Positions 38,026-51,262 of a stretch of 64,000 nt of DNA are shown piece after piece (position 1 is the stretch's first letter; every line of letters begins with the position of its first letter). A model generated the notes under the pieces. It searched no databases. It had not been told where the DNA came from and worked only from the letters and a program-made list of their open reading frames with translations. Source of the stretch: Mizuhopecten yessoensis (taxonomy: Eukaryota); NCBI RefSeq assembly GCF_002113885.1, contig NW_018479984.1, positions 138,388-202,387 of the forward strand, written 5' to 3'. A program made the translations under genes and the position numbers.

Positions 38026-38030
<5 letters not shown>

Positions 38031-41000
38031 TATGGTCCCAGACATACTAGTCGTGTTTGTGGTAAAGTGACTGGTGAACCGGAATAGTATCAAAACTAAT
38101 ACAGAAATAACTGCTAACACTATACGGCGGCAATGACCAATATACTTTAAATATCTTTACTTAAGACGCATATAAATGTTAAAAATTCCTAGCGGATTGT
38201 ATTATAATGAACGTATGACCACCTTCGCTTTCTGTCCGAGAATGTTTGATAGGGTAAAGACCCATCATTGTCTTCGTTCGCCAGACCGATCAAGGGACAT
38301 AACTCCTGGGCACCAAACCGTATCAGAAAGCCTCGAGCTGAGACAGGGAGGCCTGGCAACACCATCTTTGTTGAACCTGGGTATATTTTATTTATCGAAA
38401 TAGGAAAAAAAATAAACAGCCGTTGGGTTTTCCTTTCAAAGAAGATAAAATAATTCGAACAAGTTTGTTTAGATATACCTGTATAAAGTGACACTTGTAT
38501 AGAAATAGCCGAAAAGTAATACACAATCATCATGATCTGGGCTAGAGCGTTTACAGGTATACTCCGTACACTGCTGGCCTGCGGCCGGTCATTCAGCTGT
38601 GTAACAGTTATTTCTTATCATAAAAACGTGTGATTACAAACAGAAAATGTACTGGCGGGTCTCAACTAATGCCCAAAACATTTATGTCGTAAAAACCGAC
38701 TGACCCTTGTACGTCCGAGAGAAAATGTCCTCGCCGGGGGTGACGACGCCGGGCCGCGTAATGTATGGCGCTGTTTGTATGCGAACAAACACGCACAAAC
38801 ACCTTATAAAATAAAATTGCATTTAAACGTGTGTATTTTACTGACATAAATCTGAACAATTTTGAAAAGGCATTTCCATCGGAATAATTTATCAAAAGAG
38901 ATTTCTATCATTTATTCTCGTAAATTATAGTCAATCAAAAAACTAAAGTTCAGTATAGGTTATCACAGTGAAATCTAGAGAGCGACACAAATTACATATA
39001 TTTTATCGTCCATATCAACTAGTCTCCCACATTTCTGGCAATTTTCGGTAATAAAATGCTCTGACCCACGGGTACAAATTCAATTAGAGATGGTCGATTT
39101 TGATAAGATATTTCAACGTGATAAATACGCGTATTTCGGCATTGAACATTCAAAAATGATACAAATAAAAAGGTCGTAAATATATGTCTCTAACAGCAAG
39201 CTTTTACCATCAATCTATTGACAATAACATGTTAATTTGATTAGTTCTCGAGCATGGTGACACATGACTGATGACCATTATATATATATGTTACGGTCTG
39301 GTCGTTGGTTGGGCAGCGTATCCGAATTTAACTGGTCACTTTCAGTTGTCTCGCGAGACACTGAACGCAGGGGACCCTCTTTACAATATGAAGTTATTAA
39401 CTATGCAGCTTTATAAATTGTACACTTCTCTGAATTAAACGAATGTCAGCCTAACAGAAGATATTAAGTGCACAAGTATGAATGAACTTTCAAATAATTT
39501 GGCAACATGGACAACAGGATGTGACGTCATATACAGACACTGCCTCATTATAGTTAAGTACTAGTAAATGCACGCGCGATGCTCGTACAGTAAAAAAATA
39601 TCACACATTTTTTTCATTATAAAGCCAGTATGTATCAGAAAAAATACATAACTCGCACATTTATTATATTATATTACCATGCATGTGTACTCTGCGAGTG
39701 TCTGAAGTTTGATGAAGGTAGGGGGACACAGCGGATGTTTTCAAATTACTCAATATGGTAGCCATCTGCCTGACCCAGGGCACAGGGCATGCATGGCGTG
39801 GTAACACGCAATATTAAACCAAATTAGAAACAATCAACGGAGCCCTGTTAGAAACATACATGTGGTTAGTGTTTGCCTCTGTCGTCAATTTAACGTATTT
39901 GCTCGATCAAAGCCAGTATGTCGACGGCATTCATCAACACGTGTACAAGCCTATCAATGCTTGCTTGATGTTGATGTTTGAAGATTTGATAATATTGGCA
40001 AGAAAAAGAAGGTAGCCAATCTGAAGTGATGTTCAGTTGAGGCGAAACACGTTTGTATGCAGTTTTGTGTTATTTTCACTTTTGCTGAGAGTGGAGTAGG
40101 GAAGGTGTTGCCGTTTAAGCGATACCGTTGTTGGAGAAAAAAAATGCCAAACGGTGGTAAGGTGTTCAAATGATAGCTGGAGGAAGACAAACTTCTAACT
40201 GTCAATTTCTCAATAAAGTTTTAACGAAATTTCACCCCCTTCCCCCCACATTCAGGTCGTTCTAGGCACACAGAAATAAATAAACACACGACGTCAAAAG
40301 TACGAGGAATATAACTCACGGTTACGTAGTTGTTGCTAAAAAAAAAAAAAAAACAGAGAGAAAAAAAAATCAAATTCAATATAAATTAGAATGTCCAGAG
40401 TTCTGAATCGACACGATCGTAAAGCGATGCATGTATGGCTGGTAAACACTTCTCCAGAATATTCAACAATCCCCCCAAAGTCGCGTCCAGTAGATACGTG
40501 GAACAAACAGCAGACAGAGAGATCGGTAAACCGTCACTATTCACGCTGAAACTGTGTGATATCTTAAACAGTTTTATCGAAATGTATTTCCGGAATGTCC
40601 CCATCATTACAGTCAACAAATAATGAAACGATATATCGTATCTCTCCCATTGTTACAGACTCTACTGGTATCTTTTAATTTGTTTTTGTTTTATGGCGCT
40701 TAATATTTATTCGCAAGATAAAAAAAGCTTATGAAATGCAGTCGAACCAAAAGAGTTTCCAATTTTTGTTTTATTCTTGAGAAAATAAAAAAATCCCTAA
40801 AATATTGAATTCATATTTCTCGAATATTTTTATAATCTCGATATTTTCATCCCACTCTCCAAGACATGTGAGACTTGTGTCTATAGTTCGACAAGAAATT
40901 AAAAAGTTCGTTAATATTCCGTTAACTCGAACCGCTCACTGCCTATACTCTGATTAATCTTATGGTACCATTGTTCTGCTGTACAAAGACTAAGAAAAGT

Positions 41001-43774
41001 TTCAGATTTTTTATGAAAAAGACTAACCAGTTCAAACCTGGTATGTTTCGAATATCTCAGTACCTCGACCAAATTGTTCATTCTCACACAACGATACATA
41101 TCGGGATAACATAGGTTTAATGTATCAAGTAAGCGTTTGAATGCGTAGTGTATTCCAATATTTCGATATTTCCATTCCGACGCCACGATCCATCTAGGTC
41201 TGCTGTACTAAGACAGGTTCGGAGTTACGGTGGAAAAGACATCTACACAATTCAGTTTAATTGGCACGGGCTAATCCATTTAACAACTGTGAGTAAACCC
41301 AAACGTTCGCAGCACCAGTATATATGTAGATGTATGCATTACATATCCGAAGGTAAATAAATCTCAGCGCTTGGCGCGTGGAAAATATATATATTCTCTT
41401 CCTAAACATTCTTCTCTACCCGCCCCGCCAAATTACATATTTCTTAAAGTTTTCGGTTGACCCATAACCAATTATGCTAATGACGTGGAGCTGAAAAGGC
41501 ACTAAATTGTATAATTAGTTGATCCGACGTAGCAAACAAGCCGAAAGTTTCCCTCTTAGAGCGGGTTAGAAATACAGCCTTGTCAATTTGCTATAACATG
41601 CTAAATGCCATGCTGGGAACACCGAGAGGGGGTTTACACCATAACGCTAATTCATAGACATGATTCATAAAAATATTTTCATTACTGAAACGTCAAAAAA
41701 CTAACAACCAGTATTTATTATAAAAAAGATACGCTGTTTAATAGGAAACATTCACAGTAGGGGCTACCAGAAAGACACTCTAACACTTACAGTCTTGAAA
41801 CACGTGTTTTATCCTTTACGCGTGCGTAGCTGAAGAGGGGATCGCGGATGTCTGTGTCTGATGATCGACAGCAGGAGAGATGGTAGGCCGCGTTGATATA
41901 TCATTTAATCTCACAGCACACTCTACGTATTACTTATATTTATAATTACTTTTCAAAATAATCGCACATTTCATATCTTGAATCAATGATGATTTTGTGT
42001 TGTATGAAAGCCTATTAGGGCGGTACTTGTAGTTCACAAATTGTTTTTCGAATAAAATGGCTATCTTGATTTTTATAATTAAAGCGGAATGTTTCCATGA
42101 TATTACAGAAAACCCTGTGTCTTTTTCAGATGTAACAGCTTTCCCATAATACTTCATCTCAAATCATTTTGTAACAACATTTTAAGAATTTAAGCTTAAA
42201 ACACTATTTATTTATTATTAAAATACAAGATACTCATATCAAAGAAAACCATGAACCGAGAACAAACGACATTTAGGTGGGATTTGTCAATCCTTATGTC
42301 GCATGTATAATAATATTATATCTTTACTATTTTTTCCCGCCGTAACACATAGTCGTCTGCTCATATGCACCCTTTCATACAAAAAGTGTACCTCCACATT
42401 TAAAGGGACGTGCTTGAGTCAGATTACATCATAACGTTGTATACCACAAACAGTAATGTTCCGGTACCAGGCAGGTGACATTTATCTCTCGTGTGACAGA
42501 GATTTTCACCCATGTAGATTGTTGTCACAATGTTTATTTTTCCATTTTACGTAGACAGCGTCCATTTATCAGCCGGTAAGGAGTGCGATGGTAATTTCGT
42601 CTCCCCCGAGGCACGAGCATCCGCCACGAGACAAATCGAGGACGATAAATGACCACGAATACAAGGATTGACAGATTGGCTATCACTTGTCTGGTCAGCA
42701 GTGTCCACTATAACACGTGATCTAACAACACACGTCACAGAAAGTAAGCAAAGAGGGCGGGCTAGGGCTGATTGAGTGGGTGAGAGGCATAGGCTGGGAC
42801 GCAAGGGGATATGAGGGGGTTGTGTTAAGAGAACGGGCGTGTTGAAGTGAATTGTTTAAAATGAGCCCGTGAAGGTAAAACCGAAAGAATCGATTTGATC
42901 ACATGACAAATGAGAAAAAGCTATTTTTTCAGTTCATGTGAGATTTATTGGAGGCAGCAAACTACCATCGATCAAGTCCTTCAAATATTGACAAATGTAT
43001 TACTATATCTGCTCACAAATTCATCATTAGTACGTGTACACTAATATAAATATACACCTATACAAACCGAAAACTATACTAAAACGAAAGATATTTCAGC
43101 ATGAAGCGTTAACAAATAGCTTTAAAGTCAATTTCAAATATGAAAGGTACATGTAAGACATTTGGATATTTCAAGTAAACCATCACGTGTAGGTATATCG
43201 CAGTTACACATTATATTCCATTTTAATTCAATTGTTTTTGCTCATTTATTATTGCATAGTATTTGATAGCAATTTGAACATAAACAAAAACATGAGATTA
43301 TACAATATGATATGCAGCGTATTGTACAGGTCCACCCTCCTCCTATTTAATGACTTTTTGAAGACAAGACTTCAGTAAAATGTTTGGATTTTTACAAAAT
43401 CTTAAAGTGCTTAATTTTCCTTCTCAGAAAAGATTGAATTAAGGTTATTACTAAAATATAGCTTTCTATCTGATCATAAAAAACTGATTGTGGCTTAGGG
43501 CAGAATATCTTATTTGAACTTCCGTGTTACTTTTGATTTAATCATATCCACAGTCAATTTGTAAATCATTTACCCCTTGCATATTCTCGGCATCCCTAAT
43601 AAAGCTATACCAATTTTAAGTACCACCATACTGTTAATTCTTATTTACAACTCAAGATTCTAAGTTCAATGGATTTTTTAAATATATTATTTTGAGATAT
43701 TTCAGATAAATAACAACAGGCTTTGCTGAAGATACGGACATCTCCAGGAGAATCAACACATACGGATATCTTAA

Positions 43775-44046
43775 AAGTAATCAACAAATGTGTTATCTAC
43801 AGGTGAGCACCACATGTGGGCAAATCAAAGGTAAGCACCACATGTGGGCATATCAAAGGTATGCACCACATGTGGGGATATCAAAGGTAGGCATCACATG
43901 TAGGCATATACAAGGTTATAAGCATATGTTGGCATATCAAAAGATAAACACTAAAAAAGGGAATATCAAAGGTAAGGACCACAAGTCGGCATATCAGAGG
44001 TAAGCACCACAAGCGAGGATATCAACGATAGGCACCACACGTGGGC
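43775..44046. repeat. 28-bp degenerate minisatellite (aggtaagcaccacatgtgggcatatcaa)
   Basis: aggt occurs at 43801, 43829, 43857 and onward. Confidence 0.9.
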
Positions 44047-47000
44047 CCTCTCATTGATGAAAAGAATAGTTTCAGTAGATAGACAAGTGTAATAATGGGA
44101 ATCGTTGTGTTTCCTAAGTTTTACTACTTTTTTTCTCTCTGTATTTCTATAAGAATAACTTTTTTTGTTTCAAATGCATTTTAACATAAAAAGCAGCTGG
44201 GTAGTATCAAAGTACGAGTAGTTATTCTGTGATCAGTCACCTTAACAGTAACCACTGCCAACTAGCTTACATTAATCACATATTTGTCCTGTCTCGCATA
44301 ATTAAATGAATTCAATAATATCGTGATTTGTCACTATCCAACTTCGTCATAACCTGGGTGTGTTCACACTCCATAAGCCCGTCACAAAGTTATTTTAATA
44401 ATGATGTATCTCCATCTCATTGCGACCCAATACATATAATTAAAACCCCACACTCCTGTTCGTTTAGCAAGCAGTAGTTTATATAACCACCAACACTATT
44501 AGTAGCGACGCTTAACATAAATTTTCATCTCTTTGTGGAATTCGTGCATATTTTTTCCTGTTGAAAAATTATACTTCCTATGTTTCTTTTTTCAATACGA
44601 TTTTAAATTGATTTTATTTCGCATATTTCTGCGTCAACTACATGTAATAAAGAGTGAAGATCATTATCAAAATAGGATGTAATTTTCTTTTTAAATGCTA
44701 ACAATTTTAGTTAATCTAATAAAAAGAGTATTACTTTTATGATTATGTACATGTATGTGTATTAATTAGAATAAATGTCTCAATGTTTTAATTAATATCT
44801 TTACAGATATGTCTTTGAGTAAAATACAAATGATATTACCTGTATGTATGCCAAAAACTTCAACAATCCAATCAAATTGTTTTATGAAGGTAATTATCAA
44901 TTTTAAATATCAATAAGACAATTTATTTTTTCTTAAAGATAAAACCAATATGAACTGCATAGCTGGAATTTGATTGTCACATTGTTCATAGAACTAAAAC
45001 ACAAATATATTGAAATTTCAACTACCCACATTCCTGAAATTATCTACTTTTCCATTTCAACCTCGAATTATAATTAGTTTTTTTAAATGCTGTACTCTCT
45101 TAGAGCATTTTAAAGAAAATTCCACTGGGAGGGGGGGGGGGGGGGGGGATTAATAATGTAACGTTAAAACCAATATTAATACCTGTGTTTGTCCTAAGGT
45201 AGATTGAAATAGACGTAAGTTCAATAGAAGAATGTTCTTTTTTTATGATTAACGATAGGTATGTTATACAAACTACAGCTTAGTACAAGTTAATAAATCT
45301 TATTATGTTGTAAATTAGTTGACTCCGTGTTTTTTACCTATATTTCTTTCCACGCAGGTGCTGTGTTGATATTTTGAGTCGTTCAACAGCGGGAGACGCA
45401 TTGACTTATGGATTGCCACGCTATCTTGTCTTGTTTTCAATAAACCAAATAGATAAGTTTCTACAGGAGATTTAAATTCATTCTTAACAAAAAAAATCAA
45501 AAGATGAGTTATGACCTATTTACTGGAGTATAGTCAATTTGTTTGAGGGAGCGCCGACCATGATGATTTAATGTAGAGAATTGAGGTTATCATTTGTAAA
45601 ATAGCTACCGCTTAGACAGTAATTTGTTTAAATGGTCTTATCTCAGATTTTGAGCTAAATTACGTATGTATAAACGTTTTGAACAGAAACATTATCTCAG
45701 AAACTTCTGACACTATGGTTTGTGATTTTCTGCACGAAAAAAACATTAAAGACACACATTCAGAAAAAAAAAAATGTTTGTTTTTTCCCAATAATGATTT
45801 CTTTTACAAGGCACTATTCTTTTGGAATGTGATATTATCTAATACGTATACCGTGCAAGCTATATCCTCATTCTTGATGTTTCAAAGGGAGTTGTATGGC
45901 TTAATAGGGCTTGGAACTGTTTCCTTCTGATATAATGGAATGCAAATATAAGGACTTTAAAACTATTTTGATTTCGTTGTTTTAACGGTAATCTACGGCA
46001 CAGTTCAATAACCACTAAAACACAGGTATGGTAAGTTCATTCCAAAATGTGAAAGAATATATTCCTTTAATACTTCTTTAAAATATATAACAAATATTTG
46101 CACTTAAAATATGCCAATATTATATTTCTTTAGAGATATGATAAAAGGGACTGAATTTCTATAACGTCAATAAGTACATGCTCCGACACACACGCACTGC
46201 GCCCGGTAAATATGTATAGATAACTATTTATTTGTAATCGGCAGATGGGCCTTTACAACACGTTGAAAGAGTCTATATTATTGTCTTTTTTCCCGGTCCA
46301 GTACATTGAGCAACAAACACGCGAGTTCGTCAGGCATATTCGGTAAATTGTCGTTAATTATTCACAGTGTTGATAATCATATCAGCAATTTGAACTCATT
46401 CACCGCTCTTAGAGCTGTCCCATGAGAACATCGATTCTCTTTGTGAAACGGCGAAAACAAAACATATATTTTGTATCAGATGTCTTTTAACAACTATTGC
46501 ATCATGAATTATACATGAACTGGCGACTTGTTCGACTTGTCTACGAAGTGTGACCAAGTCTGTATTGCATTTAAGCCACGCGCCAGTGCACGTCTCAGAA
46601 GAGCGTTCTGAGTAATCACTTTTAATTTGTCGATTTTAAATGAACAGAAGACTACATAAAACACAATCAAAGCATGAGATCGTGTTCCAGAGACTTCATG
46701 CTATAGGGGACACACAAATTACTGGAAAACATTGCTGAATATGTGAAACTGTCTACTCATCGTTTAAAAAAATACCTTGTCTACTGAAATTGTAATATCG
46801 TAGATACATGACATAAGAACCTTGCCTTGCTGTTATTTTATGTCCATGATTGGTGACACGCTGAAAATGCTCTCGATTTGAACGTTCACGTAAGATAACT
46901 GGGGACGCTGTCCAATGTTAGGCCTGCCATACCTGCGAACTACAGATACCTGGGTGTTTCTAGACACGATAGCGGACGTATCGTCACACCTTTCTCTTGA

Positions 47001-50000
47001 GGAGTTCAGTTGGGAGATAGCAACTACCAGAATAGCTAAGCGTCCTCAACTTTATGTATATAATAAAACAAAGAATTTCGGTATTATTGTTTCTTTTCTA
47101 GACTCATTTTGAAAGAGCAGCTTCTCGTATTTTCGCTTTGTTACAATTTAAATGCCATTTTTGTCCGGTAATTTTGATAATTATTATGTAAATGTCAAAT
47201 GACTGGACATTCCGTTCCTGTTTAACTAACCAGACGTGTGGAAACTGGACCATTTGAGCTCCAGATTAATTCCCGTCATTTGATCGCCAGCAATCAAGTG
47301 AGAAACTATTTTGCAACAAAGAAATTATATTTAATCAGGAACCGATATCTCAATTTCCCCCAACTCTCCGGCAATTAACACAGATGTCTATTTTGTTTTT
47401 GCTTGCTTCTTTGTTTTCATGATAGAACGAATTATTTACAAAATAAAAGAATCATTCTTGAGGATGGTATGTTTTTGAGAAACAAAAAGAGTTTGTTTAT
47501 TTGTACTTTAACAACCTCTCCCGAGTCAACTTTGCAGTTGATGAAAAAATCAATTGCACGACCTGGTCATTTATATTTGTATTCTAAAATATTTATTGAA
47601 TAAATAAACGAATCTTACTTTTTGGAATATATCTACAATCTATTTCTATTTTATTTTAAAGAAAGGATACCGGTTCGACACAAGCCCACCATACACACAG
47701 CGTTTGACTAGCACTGCAGCTGTCTAACAGACAAGCTGGTTTCTAAGTCTGTCCGGCGGGGAAACACTGCACATGGATAGCGTTCTCCGAGGTGGAGGCC
47801 TGTATCCCAGGCCCTGCCGCTATCGTATAGTGGAACAAGTTAAGTGGAAAGATAATTTCAACTGGGCAATCGCGTGGAAAATCAATTGAATGTGCAGAGC
47901 TGGTCAGTATTTTGACACCTCGGAAAGCGAAAATAATCTATAGATCGTCAATGGCTTTCCCCGAGGGATACCGACCTGGAAAATATTGAGAGGCGTTTTA
48001 TGACCGTTATTATTTCTCCCCTATAAAGATTCGTGTCAGATTTATCTCCCATGCCTGATAGTATTGTTGAAGGTCAAGGTCTAAGTTTGCACGTGAATTC
48101 CCTATTGAGCAAGTTCTTAAAAGGAAATCTCATAGTCGCTCAGTTCAGAGACAAGAGTGGCAGTGGAATTCTAAATGTATGGGGAAAATCACAATGTAAG
48201 CAAAATATATGCCCATGTAAACCAGTTGCGTCCTAAATATTCACAGGTCTGTAAGCATTGTTTGGCCTGTGGACCAATGGGATGAGTTTATCTAGGTTCT
48301 TACGTAAAATCAAGTGTTCAGTTGATAGAGAACATAGATACGTCCAACAAATACACAGAAAAAGTCAAACTCGGTCTAGACCTGCCCGATAGGGTCATTA
48401 TGGTACCACAAGACAGTCATACAAAAGTAAATGTTCCGATCGAGCTAAACTGGATGGCGGCAGGACAGCAGCCAACCGACCAATCAAAACCTACATCGAA
48501 CGATACAGAGAAAGACTGATTCAAGACGACAAAGGCACTGTAAAGTTATATACTACAATTAGGAAATATTGAACTAGAACGTATAGCGGGTGCATAATGT
48601 ACGACAAGCACATCAAATATGCTTGTTATACGGGACTGGAATAAATTATGAGCAAGGATTTATATGATATACATATGCAGTGTCGAGTTGACGTCACTTG
48701 GTTGGTAATCTTTGTGATCTCGTTTATTTTGTAGTTTTCTCCTTTGGACAACTTGTGTGATAATATTTTGGTATATCTATTTCAACATTGTACAATAATA
48801 ATAACTGTATATATAAAAAAAATGACCACAAAGACAAAGTTATGTTAGGAAATTAACATTATAATATGATCACAACTACAAAATAAAATGTCAATCAATC
48901 TAATATGAGGTGGAGTGGGTGTGTAACGTACAAGGTCGTATTAAGGGTTATACCTGTATCTACTGTATAGTCAGTTTGCCGACGGAAGGGCCTGTATTGA
49001 CTATATTGAAGCTCTACGGCACTTAGTTCTTTAGTAGTATTAGTAGCCCCACAGAGCTGAATTCGCTGTCGTCTCATTAAAAAGTGTAAGGGTCACCGTA
49101 ATTCAGCTAACCCGGTTGAAGTAGATAAGGTTATGCATAACAGTAAGAAAGCGGACCAAAAGTGAATTGAATATATAAGAGCTATTATGAAGTTAACATT
49201 TATTCTTTGATTATTCTTGTCGATACTTTGCGTTACCACATATGTTCTTCAATGAACAGAACGCGAGATGAATTGATGTGATAAACTGGAAGCAGTTTCT
49301 ATCACTGAAAATAAATGTTCAGAAACATGACAACTCTCTCCAACAACTGTTTTTTTATCAATACATGTAGCAGTCGATAATATTACCGTCAAAAGACAAC
49401 AGAACAGATTGTAGAATATATAAATGCCAAAAGAAACAAAAGCAATATGACAAATGTTTATCTATATATATATTTGTTCAATATCTCTCAGTCATGTCAG
49501 AATATCATAAGAGTTTTTTAAGTCTCAAAATGACTTTGATGGTTGATAGTTCATGAAACGATACAAAACGAAACCGTTAGAGTTGAAGAATATAATCGAT
49601 TCTATAATAGCATTACAAACCACTTAATTACGACCTAATGGACATGTTATGTTTTCACCTGTTACTCCTGAAATCGTACATAGCGCCGGCCACGTTGTAA
49701 TTCTACGCAAAAAATCACTTTCTATAATTAAGAACAAATGCGCAACTCTTGGTGCCGATCTTCACCAGTACAGGTGAGAGCGGTATCGACATTCATCGAC
49801 TTAGGCACGTGTTAATTTCGGCCTAAGGTTTCGCATAGGAAGCTTTAAACTGACATTTTTCCTGAATTTATTTAAATCACTCAGCACGTGTGTCATCAGT
49901 GTCTGGAGTGTTCAAAGTCAGCGGTTAGGGCTATCACAACATGGTCTGAATAAGATTGCCATGACAGAAATGTAACCAGAGTCAGATTCTGTAATCATTC

Positions 50001-50667
50001 TAACATAAAACTGACATGCTTCTTCTTCCTACCTCCAATAAACAGCGCTGTGATGGAAAAGTCTGGTTACCTTATCTCTGACGGGGCGAGCTGAGGGTTC
50101 CAATCCCAAGTATCCCACAGTCGCGTCTTAATAAAGATACGGGTCGGGGCATTTTTTCGGTACATTTTCGTTTTAGTTTTGTTTAAGATATGTTAAACCA
50201 GGAATTTGTCTTTTCTATTTTGGCTATTTGTTAAGCAGCCCCATCGTAGATTTAAATATCGGCGTTATGGTCCCATCGGCCGTAAAATATCCATAAACGT
50301 ACAGCGCCTTATTTCGGCGAAACAATAGCAGGATACGTTACGTATAAATCTGATATAGCGTTGTACTAATGGTCACGTCCAATGCTATGAATCCTCTGTC
50401 AAATTTCTCACTAACTTTTTTATATATTTTTAATTTTGCTGTGCTGCAAAATTAAAATATTGAAATATGAAAATACGAGACGTTTATTGTTTGCATTGAG
50501 GTCGACATATGGTTTTCCTTATTGTGGAAAGTTGCATGTGAAATACAAAAGAACACCTGCACACCAAGACGTTTTCGAACACTCTGATCGTAAAAACTAT
50601 TATATTTATGTTTATTTGGGAAAAAAACATCGTAGAAAAAGACACTTGACATGTATATCTACCCGCA

Positions 50668-50989
50668 GTTACTATAGACATTACACAATGTTACTATAGA
50701 CATTAGACAATGTTACTATAGACATTATACAATGTTACTATAGATATTCGACAATGTTACTATAGACATTATACAATGTTACTATAGACATTATACAATG
50801 TTACTATAGACAAAAGACAATGTTACTATAGACATTATACAATGTTACTATAGACATTAGACAATGTTACTATAGACATTAGACAATGTTACTATAGACA
50901 TTAGACAATGTTACTATAGACATTAGACAATGTTACTATAGACATTAGACAATGTTACTATAGACATTAGACAATGTTACTATAGACAC
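50668..50989. repeat. 22-bp minisatellite (gttactatagacattagacaat), about 14-15 copies
   Basis: Near-perfect units, e.g. agacaatg at 50881 and 50903. Confidence 0.97.
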
Positions 50990-51009
50990 AAGATATAAAA
51001 AAAAATATA

Positions 51010-51262
51010 CAAAGCGCTACACGTACATCTCTATACAAAGTTATACATGCACTCATTAGTGCTAGACATCCATCCCCATACAAAGTCATACTTAGCGCCA
51101 GCCATACATCTCCATACAAAGTGTTATTCTAAGCGCTAGACATACATCTCCATACAAAGCTTTTCTAAGCGCCAGACATACATCCCCATACAAAGTCATA
51201 ATAAGCGCCAGACATACATCTCCATACAAAGCTATACTAAGCGCTAGACATGTTTCCATACT
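51010..51262. repeat. ~36-bp minisatellite (taagcgc(c/t)agacatacatctccatacaaag...)
   Basis: ccatacaaag recurs about every 36 bp. Confidence 0.88.
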
